Part shown: positions 33,799-44,601 of the stretch, one piece after another
Layout: each line of letters starts with the position of its first letter
Position numbering within the stretch: the stretch's first letter is position 1
Notes under the pieces: generated by a model
What the model was told of the DNA's origin: nothing
The model's database searches: none
Seen by the model: the letters and a program-made list of their open reading frames with translations, nothing else
Origin: an uncultured Planctomycetaceae bacterium
Lineage (GTDB): Bacteria; Planctomycetota; Planctomycetia; Planctomycetales; Planctomycetaceae
Direction: 5' to 3'
Assembly: GCA_963813715.1 (NCBI GenBank)
Contig: CAWFAK010000009.1
Span: forward strand, 608,001 to 672,000
Length of the DNA: 64,000 bases
Program-made: the position numbers and the translations under genes

Positions 33799-34958
33799 GA
33801 CAGTGACCTCTCGAGTGGTCTCCAACGGCGGGCTTCGTCCCGTGTCCAGCGGTCCATCCGCAGGAGATCCGTCAAGGAGGGGGACGGTTCAAAATTATGG
33901 GCGTCCAGGAGCGAGCGGCACAGTTGCGGAATCTCGGTAAAGCGAAGATCTCGGGCCAAAAACCGCTCGACGGCCACTTCGTTGGCGGCATTCAGGACGG
34001 CGCCCGAGGTGCCTCCCCGCCGCGCCACTTCGGCTCCCAACTTCAACGCCGGAAACGCCTCCGGGTCGGGCGGAGCGAAGTCGAGCCTCAGCGTGGACGT
34101 CCAGTCGAACCGCGGGCTGATTCCTTCCCACCGCTCCGGCCACGTGAGGGCATATTGAATCGGTAATTTCATGTCCGGCGGCGAGAGTTGGGCGACCACC
34201 GAACCGTCGACGAACTCGACACAAGAATGGACGATCGACTGAGGATGAATCATCACGGCGATCTGATCGGCGTCAAGTCCGAAAAGCCACTTGGCTTCGA
34301 TCATCTCCAGGGCCTTATTCATCATCGTGGCCGAGTCGACGGTCACCTTAGGTCCCATCGCCCACGTGGGATGCGCCAGCGCCATTTCCGGGGTCACTTC
34401 CCGCATCCGCTCGAGCGTATAGCCACGGAACGGGCCGCCGCTGGCGGTCAGCACAATGCGGCGGACTTCGCCATGTTTTCCTGCTTGTAGAGACTGATAA
34501 ACCGCGCTGTGTTCGCTGTCGACGGGAAACAAGGAACCTCCGGTCCGCTGGGCCAGAGACGTCATTAAGGGTCCGGCGACAACCAGCGTCTCCTTGTTGG
34601 CAAACGCCACCCGCTTGCCCGCTTCCAGGGCCGTCCAAGTGCTCCGCAATCCGGCCGCCCCGACAATTCCTGCCACGACGACCTCGACGCCCGGGTCACT
34701 GGCGATGCGGTCGATGGCGGCCTCGCCGAAGAGGAGTTCCGTGGCACCGAACGCGCCGGCGGGAATCGAGCTTCTCAGGCTTTCATCGCTGACCACGGCC
34801 CAGCGGGGTCGAAACCGCCGCGCTTGCTCGGCCAAGACCTCCCATTTTCGATGAGCGACGAGCCCGACGGCCTGTAAGCGGTCAGGATGCGCCGCGACGA
34901 CATCCAAGCAACTTGTGCCGATGGAACCGGTCGAGCCCAATACGGCAACGTGCTGCAT
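33795..34958 (-). CDS. dxr: 1-deoxy-D-xylulose-5-phosphate reductoisomerase
   Basis: LGSTGSIG, ANKETLV, PVDSEHSA, LTASGGPFR, HPTWAMGPKVTVDSATMMNKALE. Confidence 0.97.
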   Translation of the reverse strand: MQHVAVLGSTGSIGTSCLDVVAAHPDRLQAVGLVAHRKWEVLAEQARRFRPRWAVVSDESLRSSIPAGAFGATELLFGEAAIDRIASDPGVEVVVAGIVGAAGLRSTWTALEAGKRVAFANKETLVVAGPLMTSLAQRTGGSLFPVDSEHSAVYQSLQAGKHGEVRRIVLTASGGPFRGYTLERMREVTPEMALAHPTWAMGPKVTVDSATMMNKALEMIEAKWLFGLDADQIAVMIHPQSIVHSCVEFVDGSVVAQLSPPDMKLPIQYALTWPERWEGISPRFDWTSTLRLDFAPPDPEAFPALKLGAEVARRGGTSGAVLNAANEVAVERFLARDLRFTEIPQLCRSLLDAHNFEPSPSLTDLLRMDRWTRDEARRWRPLERSLS

Positions 34959-35091
34959 TCCAGGCCGTCGCGTTGAAGCGAAACACTAAGTCCGTTCAGT
35001 TCTTACGCCAATGGGCGCGGAGCAATCCTGCCATTTTATGAGCCGGCGGGAGCGGTCGCAAGGTTTGCTGGACCGGTCGAACCCCCACCGA

Positions 35092-35120
35092 TTGACCTTA
35101 CTAGTTGCTCGCCCTAAAGT
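35092..35120 (+). promoter_or_regulatory. Possible sigma70 promoter of ftsH
   Basis: TTGACC-17 nt-TAAAGT in the dxr/ftsH divergent spacer. Confidence 0.35.
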
Positions 35121-35215
35121 TGCAATGACTTGCGACGACCGTCCGCTCACCGCGGGGCGATCTGGCAGGTCGATCTCCACGGTCGATCTTCATCGAGCAA
35201 CGACAGGGCCTCGCC

Positions 35216-37267
35216 ATGTCCGACTCCAATTCGCCGGCTCCGAAATCCCCCCAGAACGAGCCGACACCGCCGCGGCCTGGGCGCAGTCGGAAGAATGATC
35301 GCTCGCCGATCCACATCCTGCTGTGGGTGGCGGCGGGGGGAACAGCGCTCGCCTGCTTTTACTTCTTCATGAACGACCAGCGCAGCGGCAAAGAGATCTC
35401 GCTGGGCGAGTTTCAACAGCAGATCGAGAATGGCAGCCTTAACTCCAAGAACGTCTTTGATCTGAAGTTCACGCCCGGCTGGATCCAATTCCAGGACCAG
35501 CCCGTCAAGAAGTCGTCGAAAAAGGAACCGGGCGGCAACGAAGAGAGCAAACCCGTCCAGAAGACCAGCGTTTCCACTTATCTGATGGGCTCGGAGAAAG
35601 AGGCCGAGCTGACCCGGACGCTCAATTCCAAGGGCATCGACTTCGGCTATCCGCCCCCGCCGCCCGACTGGTACGCGCTGGGGATGTGGGTGCCCGCCAT
35701 CATCATGCTCTTGGTCATGGTCTACTTCCTGCGGCGCCTGGTCGGGACAGGAGCCGCCATGTCGTTCGGCCGCAGCCGCGGTCGGCTCTATGCGCAGGAA
35801 GACATCGACATCACGTTCACCGACGCGGCCGGCATCGACGAAGCCGTCAACGAGCTGCGCGAAGTGGTCGAATTCCTCCGCACGCCGGGCAAGTACAAGG
35901 CCTTGGGCGGCCGCATTCCCCGCGGCGTGCTCCTGGTTGGCCCTCCCGGCACGGGCAAGACCCTCTTGGCCAAGGCCGTCGCCGGCGAGGCGGGAGTTCC
36001 CTTCTTCAGTCTGTCGGGATCCGACTTCGTCGAGATGTATGTCGGCGTCGGCGCCGCCCGCGTCCGCGATATGTTCCACCAGGCGGGCCAGCGCTCCCCG
36101 AGCATCATCTTCATCGATGAGCTCGATGCGCTCGGCAAAGTCCGCGGCAGCGGCTCGCCCGGCGGGCACGACGAACGCGAGCAAACCCTCAACGCGCTGT
36201 TGGTCGAAATGGACGGTTTCTCGTCCGACCAGAGCGTAATCGTGATGGGGGCCACGAACCGACCCGAAACGCTCGACCCGGCCTTGTTACGGCCCGGCCG
36301 CTTCGATCGGCACGTGCTGGTCGATCGGCCCGACATTCGCGGCCGCGAAGCCATCCTCAAGGTGCATGCCGCCCGGATCAAGATGGACGACAAGGTCGAT
36401 CTGCAGTGGATCGCCAAGCTCACTCCCGGTTTTGTCGGGGCCGACCTCGCAAACCTGGTGAACGAGGCCGCGCTCTTGGCAGCCCGCGGGGACAAAACCT
36501 GCGTGACCATGGCCGAGTTCGAAGAAGGGATCGAGCGGGTCGTCGCCGGCCTGGAGAAGCAGACGCGTATCATCCACGAAGAGGAGAAACTCCGCGTCGC
36601 GTACCACGAATGCGGTCACGCGCTGGTCGCCTGCAGCCTGCCCAACACCGACCCCGTCCACAAAATCTCGATCATTCCCCGTGGGTTGGGCGCGCTCGGC
36701 TACACGATGAGCCGGCCCGAGGACGACCGCCGCCTGTTCACGCAATCGGAATTGCAGCACAAGATCTGCGTGTTATTGGGGGGAATTAACGCCGAAGAAA
36801 TTGTCTTCAAGGAGACGTCGACCGGCGCCCAGCGCGACTTGCAGCAAGCCAGCGACATCGCCCGCAGCATGGTCACCGAGTTCGGCATGAGCGCGAAGCT
36901 CGGCCGCGTCCGCTACAGCGAACGGGCCCGCTCCCAATTTTTGGGATCGGACGTGCCCCACGATTCGGTGCACAGCGAAGAGACAATCCGCGAGATCGAC
37001 CTCGAAGTGAAACGAATTATCGACGGCTGCGGCAAGACAGTCTTCGAGATCCTCACCGCCCGCCGCCCCGTGCTGGAGCAGATGTCCCGCGAGCTCTTGG
37101 AGTGCGAGGTGATGGACGCGGCGCATTTGCGCTCGATCATCGACCAGCACAAGACGGCCCCGCAGCTGAGCCCCGGCACGTTCGTCGACCCGTCTCGTCG
37201 GCCCGAAGAAGCGCCGGTTCCCGCCGCGGAAGAGCCGCTCCGCCGCGAATCGGCGGACGGAGCCTGA
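35216..37267 (+). CDS. ftsH: ATP-dependent zinc metalloprotease FtsH
   Basis: Two TM helices, [40 protein letters not shown]. Confidence 0.97.
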   Translation: MSDSNSPAPKSPQNEPTPPRPGRSRKNDRSPIHILLWVAAGGTALACFYFFMNDQRSGKEISLGEFQQQIENGSLNSKNVFDLKFTPGWIQFQDQPVKKSSKKEPGGNEESKPVQKTSVSTYLMGSEKEAELTRTLNSKGIDFGYPPPPPDWYALGMWVPAIIMLLVMVYFLRRLVGTGAAMSFGRSRGRLYAQEDIDITFTDAAGIDEAVNELREVVEFLRTPGKYKALGGRIPRGVLLVGPPGTGKTLLAKAVAGEAGVPFFSLSGSDFVEMYVGVGAARVRDMFHQAGQRSPSIIFIDELDALGKVRGSGSPGGHDEREQTLNALLVEMDGFSSDQSVIVMGATNRPETLDPALLRPGRFDRHVLVDRPDIRGREAILKVHAARIKMDDKVDLQWIAKLTPGFVGADLANLVNEAALLAARGDKTCVTMAEFEEGIERVVAGLEKQTRIIHEEEKLRVAYHECGHALVACSLPNTDPVHKISIIPRGLGALGYTMSRPEDDRRLFTQSELQHKICVLLGGINAEEIVFKETSTGAQRDLQQASDIARSMVTEFGMSAKLGRVRYSERARSQFLGSDVPHDSVHSEETIREIDLEVKRIIDGCGKTVFEILTARRPVLEQMSRELLECEVMDAAHLRSIIDQHKTAPQLSPGTFVDPSRRPEEAPVPAAEEPLRRESADGA

Positions 37268-37472
37268 GTCAGCGTCGTTTCGGGCGGGACTTCCGCGGAC
37301 GACCGTTGCGAAAGGCGTTCGGCCCGGCTATCTATCGAGGTAACACGCGCTACGCTGTTGGCGCACGGAACGTGTTTCTCGTCGCGGCTTTACACGGACG
37401 TCACCGGATCGGGAGTCGATCCGCAGGCCCCGGGCCGAATTTAGTCTCCGACCGAGTCCAGCCGGCCCCCTT

Positions 37473-39428
37473 ATGTCGCGAATCCACGCTCTGGATGCAC
37501 TCGTCGTCAACAAGATTGCCGCCGGCGAGGTGATCGAGCGGCCGGCCAGCGTCGTCAAGGAGCTGCTGGAAAACAGCATCGACGCCCTGGCCACCCGCGT
37601 CGACGTCGAGATCGGTGACGGCGGCAGCGAGCTGATCCGTGTGGCCGACGACGGCGAGGGGATTCACCCCGAGGACTTCGGGCTGGCCGTCACCAGCCAC
37701 GCCACCAGCAAAATCACCGGGGCCGACGATCTGTTCCGCGTCCGCACGATGGGCTTTCGCGGCGAGGCGCTGGCGTCGATCGCGGCCGTCAGCCGTCTGC
37801 GCCTTCGCAGCCGCCGCGTCGATGCGGTCGATGGCTACGAGATTGCCGTCGATGGCGGGCAAGCCGGAGCGGTGCAACTCTGTGGCTGCCCGGTCGGCAC
37901 CGTGGTCGAGGTTCGCAACCTGCTTTACAACACGCCGGTCCGCCGCAAGTTTCTGCGGGCCGTCGCCACCGAGTTCGGCCATATCAGCGAGCAGTTCACG
38001 CGGGTGGCGCTGGCCAATCCGACGCTGACCGCATCACTCAAACATAACCAGCGCTCGGTCTACGAGTTGCCGCCGACCGGACAAGTGCTTGACCGACTCA
38101 AGTTGTTCTTCGGCTCTGACCTGACGGACAAGTTGATCTGGGTCGAATCGCAGACGTCCGACGCGCGGGTCTGGGGCTACGTGGCCCATCCGAGCGAGAG
38201 CCGTTCGACTCGCAAGGGGCAGTACCTGTTCCTCAACGGCCGCTGGATTCAGGACCGCTCGCTGCAGCACGCCCTGGGCGAGGCCTATCGCGGGCTGTTG
38301 ATGACCGGTCGCTATCCGGTCGTGTTTCTCTTTTTGGAACTGGCTCCCGAGCTGGTCGACGTCAACGTGCATCCGACCAAGGCTGAAGTGCGGTTCCGCG
38401 ACACGCAGCCGCTTTACCGCCAGTTGCTCGCGGCTATTCGCACGCGTTTTCTCTCGGCTAACCTCGAGTCGACGATTTCAGTGCCGAAGGCGGCCGCCTG
38501 GCGCTTCGAGAATTTTTCGCCCGACCGCAGCGGCCTCGAGGGACCAGCCCAGCGCGATGCTCAGCTGGAACTGGCCGAATGGGCTCGCAATCAATTGAGC
38601 AACTGGCAAGCTCCGTCTCCCGGGTCCCAGGAGCAATCGCCCCAGTCGTCCTGGCCGGCGCCCGCCGCCGGGCTTGGCGGAGCTTACGCGAATCCGCTCG
38701 CCGCGCACGATCGGCTCCCATTAGCCCCAGGCGAGACCGCTTTCGGCGGGTCGTCGGGCGTCGCGATGTCCGGGCTGCCAGACTCCGATGCGGCGGCATC
38801 CCCGCCCCTCTCCGCGGGGACGAACGGAGTCGACGGTTTCGACCTAGGAGCCCTGCCGCGGCAGATCATGCAGGTCCACGACTGTTACATCGTGTTCGAA
38901 ACGTCCGACGGCATTACGGTCATCGACCAGCACGCCCTGCACGAGCGGGTGATGTACGAGCATCTGCGGCACCGGGTCGACCAGGGAGCCGTCGAATCGC
39001 AGCGGATGCTCGTCCCGCAAACGCTCGAATTCGGCGATCGCGAGGCAGCCACCCTGCTGGAGCATGCCGACGTACTGGCCCAAATTGGTTACCGCATCGA
39101 GGAATTCGGCGGGGCCACCCTGCTGCTCACCGCCTACCCCGCCATCCTGGCACAAGCCGATCATGGCCGCATTCTCCGCGACGCGGCCGAGAGCCTGGCG
39201 TCGTCCGGGCAGACTCCTTCGCGGCGCGATATACTGGACTCATTGCTGCACCTCATGTCCTGCAAAGCGGCCGTTAAGGCGGGCCAGCGCCTCAAGCCGG
39301 AAGAGATGGAAAGCCTGCTGGCGCAGCGGCACTTGATCGACGATGCCCATCATTGCCCGCACGGACGGCCGACCGCTTTGGTCCTGACCCGAGCCGAATT
39401 GGACCGGCAATTCGGCCGCCTCGGATAG
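37473..39428 (+). CDS. mutL: DNA mismatch repair endonuclease MutL
   Basis: IAAGEVIERPASVVKELLENSIDA, GFRGEAL, DVNVHPTK, DQHALHER, SCKAA, CPHGRP. Confidence 0.97.
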   Translation: MSRIHALDALVVNKIAAGEVIERPASVVKELLENSIDALATRVDVEIGDGGSELIRVADDGEGIHPEDFGLAVTSHATSKITGADDLFRVRTMGFRGEALASIAAVSRLRLRSRRVDAVDGYEIAVDGGQAGAVQLCGCPVGTVVEVRNLLYNTPVRRKFLRAVATEFGHISEQFTRVALANPTLTASLKHNQRSVYELPPTGQVLDRLKLFFGSDLTDKLIWVESQTSDARVWGYVAHPSESRSTRKGQYLFLNGRWIQDRSLQHALGEAYRGLLMTGRYPVVFLFLELAPELVDVNVHPTKAEVRFRDTQPLYRQLLAAIRTRFLSANLESTISVPKAAAWRFENFSPDRSGLEGPAQRDAQLELAEWARNQLSNWQAPSPGSQEQSPQSSWPAPAAGLGGAYANPLAAHDRLPLAPGETAFGGSSGVAMSGLPDSDAAASPPLSAGTNGVDGFDLGALPRQIMQVHDCYIVFETSDGITVIDQHALHERVMYEHLRHRVDQGAVESQRMLVPQTLEFGDREAATLLEHADVLAQIGYRIEEFGGATLLLTAYPAILAQADHGRILRDAAESLASSGQTPSRRDILDSLLHLMSCKAAVKAGQRLKPEEMESLLAQRHLIDDAHHCPHGRPTALVLTRAELDRQFGRLG

Positions 39429-39436
39429 TTCCCTGC

Positions 39437-40933
39437 ATGATCTGCGTCAGTATTGGTCGTACCCGCCACAAAATGGTCGTGCTCGAACACCGCGCGCTCG
39501 CGGCGCGCGGGGCCCAGTTCGTCGAGCTGCGGCTCGACTGGCTGCAGAACACGCCCGATCTCGGCTTTCTGCTCAACGAACGGCCGACCCCCGTCATCGT
39601 CACCTGCCGCCGACCGCCCGACCAGGGGCGCTGGCGCGGCACCGAGGACCAGCGGCTCACCCTGTTGCGGGCGGCCATCGTCGCCGGGGCCGAATATGTC
39701 GACCTGGAGCACGACATCGCCCACCTGGTGCGGCGCTATGGCAAGACCAAGCGCGTCGTCAGTTACCACAACTTCGAGGAAACCCCCGAAGAGCTGGAAG
39801 ACATCCACGAGAAGTTGTCGAAACTCGATCCGGACATCGTGAAGATCGTCACGATGGCCAATTCGCCCGTCGACGCGGTCCGCATGCTCCGCCTGGTCCA
39901 CGAGGCCAAAGTTCCCACCGTCGGCTTTTGCATGGGCGAGATGGGCTTTCTCAGCCGCGTGCTGTGCGGCCGCTACGGGGCGCCGTTCACCTACGCCAGC
40001 TTCAGCTCCGAACGCGAACTGGCTCCCGGCCAGGTCTCCTTCGACGAGATGCGCGACGTTTACCATTACGACCGCATCAACAAGCAAACACAGCTCTACG
40101 GCGTGATCGGCGATCCGGTGGCGCACAGCCTGAGTCCCCTCGTGCAAAATGCCGCGTTCGAGGCAACCGGATTCGACGGTGTCTATTTGCCGTTCCGCGT
40201 CTTTCGCCAGTTCCTCGGACAGGCGCTCGACGAGTTCCAGTGGCTGGGCGTCCGCGGCTACAGCGTCACGATTCCGCACAAGGAAGCCGTGCTGGAGGAG
40301 GTGCCCCGGCACGACGACATGGTCGACGACATCGGCGCGTCCAACACGCTCTATCGCGACGAGCGGCTCCTTTGGCACGCGGCCAACACCGATTACGAGT
40401 CGGCCCTGGCCGCACTCCGCATCGCGCTCACCCGCGAGTCGGGCGTCGAGGAGGAACTGGGAGGCAAGAAAGTTCTCATTCTGGGAGCCGGCGGGGCGGC
40501 CCGCGCGATCGGTCTGGGCCTCGTCCGCGCCGGGTGCGGCGTCACCGTCACCAGCCGCACGCATGCCCGTGCCGTCTCGCTCGCGCAGCGGCTCGGCTGC
40601 CAGCAGATTCAGTGGGAGAATCGCGGGGCGATCTTTGCCGACATCCTGGTCAACTGCACGCCGGTGGGCATGTTCCCCAACGTCGACGACACCCCCTTTC
40701 CGATGAACTGGTTTCGCGACGACATGATCGTCTTCGACACGGTTTATAACCCCGAAAACACCCTGTTTCTCAAGCAGGCCCGCGAGCACTCCTGCCGCAC
40801 GGTTTCCGGGATCGAGATGTTTGTGCGGCAGGCCGCGCTGCAGTACGAATACTTCACCGGCCGCGGTGCGCCGGTCGACGTGATGCGTCAAACCCTCCGT
40901 CGCGAAATCAGCCCGTTGAGCAAAACGGCCTAG
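39437..40933 (+). CDS. aroE: Bifunctional type I 3-dehydroquinase / shikimate dehydrogenase
   Basis: VELRLD, SYHNF, APGQ (DHQase I), then GDPVAHSLSP, SVTIPHK, NTD, LGAGGAARA, NCTPVGM. Confidence 0.93.
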   Translation: MICVSIGRTRHKMVVLEHRALAARGAQFVELRLDWLQNTPDLGFLLNERPTPVIVTCRRPPDQGRWRGTEDQRLTLLRAAIVAGAEYVDLEHDIAHLVRRYGKTKRVVSYHNFEETPEELEDIHEKLSKLDPDIVKIVTMANSPVDAVRMLRLVHEAKVPTVGFCMGEMGFLSRVLCGRYGAPFTYASFSSERELAPGQVSFDEMRDVYHYDRINKQTQLYGVIGDPVAHSLSPLVQNAAFEATGFDGVYLPFRVFRQFLGQALDEFQWLGVRGYSVTIPHKEAVLEEVPRHDDMVDDIGASNTLYRDERLLWHAANTDYESALAALRIALTRESGVEEELGGKKVLILGAGGAARAIGLGLVRAGCGVTVTSRTHARAVSLAQRLGCQQIQWENRGAIFADILVNCTPVGMFPNVDDTPFPMNWFRDDMIVFDTVYNPENTLFLKQAREHSCRTVSGIEMFVRQAALQYEYFTGRGAPVDVMRQTLRREISPLSKTA

Positions 40934-40952
40934 GCCGGCGGCAACAAACGTC

Positions 40953-41508
40953 ATGGTGGTCACGCTGATCGGATACCGGGGCACCGGCAAGACGAGCGTC
41001 GCTCCGCTACTGGCGCGCCGCCTGGGATTCACCGCAATCGACGCCGACACCGAGCTCGAGCGCCGCGCGGGCCGCACGATCCGCGAAATCTTTGCCGCCG
41101 TCGGCGAACCGGGCTTCCGCACCGAGGAAAGCGCGCTCCTGGCCGAGCTGCTCGGATCCGATCGCCTGGTGCTGGCCGCCGGGGGCGGGGCCGTCCTCGA
41201 TCCCGAAACACGCCGCCGCATGCGCAGCCGGTCCCGTCGTCTGGCTACGGGCTCGCATCGAGACGATCGAGCGGCAAATCGCCGCCGACTCGACGACGCG
41301 CGAACGGCGTCCCAACCTGACGGCCGGCGGCGGACGCCCCGAGATCGAAACACTGCTGGCCGTCCGCGAGCCTCTCTATCGCGAGACCGCCAGCCTCACG
41401 GTCGACGTTGACGGCCGCCCGCTCGACGAGATCGTCGCCGAGATCGCCGCCGCACTGCCTCCCCATTTGTCCGCGTCGACGGGCGCCTCCGGGAGTGCGC
41501 GGTCGTAA
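40953..41508 (+). CDS. aroK: Shikimate kinase, frameshift near 41225
   Basis: LIGYRGTGKT, GEPGFR, GGGAV, and in the shifted frame VVWLRA..RP...REPLY. Confidence 0.9.
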
Positions 41509-42803
41509 TGCGATTCGACATTCCCTGGGTGTTTCTGATCCCGTATCTGTTCGTCCTGGGGGCGACGATCGGCAGCTTCCTCAACGTCTGCGTCTATCGG
41601 CTGCCCAAGCACGAACATCTCTTCGCCCAGCTCCGTGGAATCTGGTCCCCCCCTTCGCACTGCCCGCGCTGTGGTCGACGACTTTGGCTCAGAGACAACT
41701 TGCCCGTGTTCGGCTGGCTGCGGCTCTTGGGCCGCTGCCGATTCTGCCGCACGCGGATCTCGCCCCGTTACCCGCTGATCGAAGCGGCCAACGGTCTTTT
41801 GTTTGTGGTGATGTTCTTGAGCGAGGTGCCGACCCGCTCGTATGCCCGCATGGAAGACAGCTGCGTCTTTTCGGTGCTGGGCCCGCATGCCGAGGGACAA
41901 TCGTGGCTCTTCTCGCCGTCGATGGTTTGCTTCTGGCGGTGGCTTTATCACATGGTGCTGGTCGAGTCGCTGGTCGTCGCCTCGCTGATCGACTTCGACC
42001 GGCGGATCATCCCCGACGGGGCAACACTCCCCGCGATGACCGTGGGCCTGTTGGGCAGTCTCGTCGGCTGCGTCTACATCATCCCGGTCTGGTTTCAGGA
42101 CGCGGGGATGGTGCACACGCTGGTCGACGTCACGGGCAGCCGGTTCGCTCCGTGGCTCTCTGGCCCGCCGGTGCCGCACTGGATCGCCGTCCATCCCCAT
42201 TGGCACGGGCTGGCGGTAAGCCTCGCGGGGCTCGTGGTCGGCGGCGGCTCCGTGTGGATCGTGCGGATTTTGGGCCAGTGGGTGCTCAAGCGCGAGGCGA
42301 TGGGCTTTGGCGACGTGATCCTGATGGCGACGATCGGCAGCTTCCTCGGCTGGCAGCCGACGCTGATCGTTTTTTTCCTGGCGCCCTTGTGTGCCCTGAT
42401 CGTCGTCGCGGCGTTCTGGATTTTTCGTCGCGACCGCGAAATCCCCTACGGCCCTTATCTGAGTCTGGCCGCGCTGGTGGTGATTTTGGGTTGGAAAGAC
42501 ATCTGGCCGCGGACCGAGCGTTTCTTTTCACTCGGCCTGTTCGTGCCGGCGATGGCTGTTGTGATGTGCGCGCTGTTAGTGCTGACCCTCTTCATCACGC
42601 AGTGGACGAAGCGGCTGCTGGGCATTCCTGACTACGTGCCCGACGACGAATGGGACATCTGGGAATCGGGCGATCAGCTCTTTCACTTTTCCGGCGGCAG
42701 CGGCCCGTCCGACGGCTGGAAGCGCACGCAGTGGCCGGGCGTGGGCGCCGGGCGGGGCTCGCTCTTCGAGCAGCGCTGGCGAAACGGCGGTTCCTCCCGG
42801 TGA
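41508..42803 (+). CDS. pilD: Prepilin peptidase (A24)
   Basis: GSFLNVCVYRLP, two CxxC (CPRC, CRFC), IDF..IIPD, AMGFGDV, IPYGPYL. Confidence 0.88.
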   Translation: MRFDIPWVFLIPYLFVLGATIGSFLNVCVYRLPKHEHLFAQLRGIWSPPSHCPRCGRRLWLRDNLPVFGWLRLLGRCRFCRTRISPRYPLIEAANGLLFVVMFLSEVPTRSYARMEDSCVFSVLGPHAEGQSWLFSPSMVCFWRWLYHMVLVESLVVASLIDFDRRIIPDGATLPAMTVGLLGSLVGCVYIIPVWFQDAGMVHTLVDVTGSRFAPWLSGPPVPHWIAVHPHWHGLAVSLAGLVVGGGSVWIVRILGQWVLKREAMGFGDVILMATIGSFLGWQPTLIVFFLAPLCALIVVAAFWIFRRDREIPYGPYLSLAALVVILGWKDIWPRTERFFSLGLFVPAMAVVMCALLVLTLFITQWTKRLLGIPDYVPDDEWDIWESGDQLFHFSGGSGPSDGWKRTQWPGVGAGRGSLFEQRWRNGGSSR

Positions 42804-42905
42804 ACCATCTGCTAGACTTGCGCGGCGCAGCGAACCCCTTGGCGGCCTGCGTGTCGCCCTCTTTCGGCACGTCTTACGCAGCGGCTCAAAACCGATGACT
42901 CGTTC

Positions 42906-43511
42906 ATGATCAAGATCGTCGACTACGGCATGGGCAATCTGCGGAGCGTGCAGAAAGCCTTTGAGAAAATCGGGGCCGACGCCCAGGTCGTCAGCTCTCC
43001 GGCCGAGCTCGCGGGGGCGGAAAAACTCGTGCTGCCGGGCGTCGGCGCTTTCCGCGACGCGATTGCCGAACTCAAGCGGACAGGCCTCGATCGGCCGGTC
43101 CGGGAACACATCGCGGCCGACAAGCCGTTCCTGGGCATCTGCCTGGGGCTGCAACTGCTCTTCGACGTGAGCTACGAAGACGGCCAGTGGGAAGGGCTCG
43201 GCGTGCTGCGGGGTAAAGTCGTACGATTCGCCGATCAGACCGACTTGAAGATCCCGCACATGGGCTGGAACTCGCTCGAGTTCGCCCGGCCGGCGCGGAT
43301 CTTCGAGGGCGTGCCCGAGGGCTCGTCGGTCTACTTCGTGCACAGTTATTACGTCGTGCCCGAGGATGAATCCGTGATCGCCGCCCGCACCGAGCATGGC
43401 ACTCGCTTCGTGTCGGCCGTTGCCCGCCGCAACCTCTTTGCCACGCAGTTCCACCCGGAGAAGAGCCAGAGCGTGGGCCTGCGGCTGCTGACGAATTTCG
43501 CCGCTCTTTGA
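42906..43511 (+). CDS. hisH: Imidazole glycerol phosphate synthase, glutaminase subunit
   Basis: [42 protein letters not shown]. Confidence 0.97.
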   Translation: MIKIVDYGMGNLRSVQKAFEKIGADAQVVSSPAELAGAEKLVLPGVGAFRDAIAELKRTGLDRPVREHIAADKPFLGICLGLQLLFDVSYEDGQWEGLGVLRGKVVRFADQTDLKIPHMGWNSLEFARPARIFEGVPEGSSVYFVHSYYVVPEDESVIAARTEHGTRFVSAVARRNLFATQFHPEKSQSVGLRLLTNFAAL

Positions 43512-43534
43512 TACCCTGCGGTTGGCCGGCGTCT

Positions 43535-43614
43535 GGGTGGCACTGGCGGCTCGTCCGCCAGTGTCTTCGAGATCTGCGGAAAGCCCACTGGCGGCCAAGC
43601 CGCCAGTGCCACCC
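43535..43614. repeat. REP-doublet (REPIN-like) palindromic element, family A
   Basis: Perfect 16-bp terminal inverted repeat gggtggcactggcggc/gccgccagtgccaccc; each half is itself a cactggcgg...ccgccagtg hairpin. Confidence 0.85.
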
Positions 43615-43638
43615 GACCTCTGGAGTCTTCAGACGGCA

Positions 43639-44379
43639 ATGGAAATTCTTCCGGCAATCGATCTTCGCGGCGGCCAGTGCGTGCGGCTGCGGCAAGGGGA
43701 CTACAACCAGGAGACCGTCTTCGGCGATCCGCTGGAGATGGCCCGCCGATTTGTCGGCGAAGGCGCGACGCGGCTGCATCTGGTCGACCTCGACGGAGCG
43801 CCGGGCTGGGCGGCCCATCAATCACGAAGTCGTCCGAAGGCATCGTCGCGGCGGCCGGCATTCCCTGTCAGCTCGGCGGCGGCATCCGCGACGAGGCGGC
43901 CATTCGCCTCTTGTTGGAAACTGTCGGCGTCGAGCGCGTGATCGTCGGCACGCAGGCCCTCAAGCAGCCCGACTGGTTCCGCGCGATGGTCGGAAAAGTT
44001 TCCCCGGCGCATCGCGCTCGGCATCGACGCCCGCGATTCGATGGTTGCCACCGAAGGCTGGCTCGACGTCTCAAAGACGCCGGCGATCGAGCTGGCCCGA
44101 CAATACGCAGGCCTGGAAGTCGCCGCCGTCATTTACACCAACATCGCCAACGACGGCATGATGCAGGGGATCGACGCGGCAACGATCGGCGACCTGACGG
44201 CCCTCGCGCGACTCGGCTTTCCGGTGATCGCTTCGGGTGGCGTGACGACGGTCGACGACGTCCGCCAACTGGCCGACGCCGCGCGGGATGAACCACACCT
44301 GGTCGGCGCGATCATCGGCCGGGCCCTCTACGAGGGGACGATCACCGTCGCCGCGGCCGTGGCGGCTGCCCGCGGGTAA
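43639..44379 (+). CDS. hisA: ProFAR isomerase HisA, two frameshifts
   Basis: [56 protein letters not shown]. Confidence 0.93.
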
Positions 44380-44536
44380 CCGCGCCGGCGTTCCGCGCCG
44401 ACTCGCACTCACGCTATCGGAATCAAATCAACCCCGGCGATCGTTCCGCCGCGGCGGATCAGCCCGATGGTGCTTTCTGTGCTGGCCCGTCTTACACCAG
44501 GCGGCTCGGATCTGAACGGCGAAGACTAAGAGAAGA

Positions 44537-44570
44537 AAGCACCCCCCAGCTGACGCTGGGGGCTCGCCGG
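44537..44570 (-). repeat. REP-like hairpin, family B (copy 1)
   Basis: cccccagc-tgac-gctggggg stem between convergent genes; the reverse complement matches 57042-57075 at 30/34 positions. Confidence 0.75.
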
Positions 44571-44601
44571 GTCGAATGTGCTTCGGCCATTCAAGTGCGG
44601 C

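Noticed and set aside
39437..40933. AroD-AroE fusion as a novelty
   Set aside because: This fusion is already known from planctomycetes, chlamydiae and plants.
40953..44379. aroK and hisA as pseudogenes or programmed frameshifts
   Set aside because: All motifs are intact across the shifts, no consistent slippery sites were seen, and indels are window-wide, so sequencing error is more likely.
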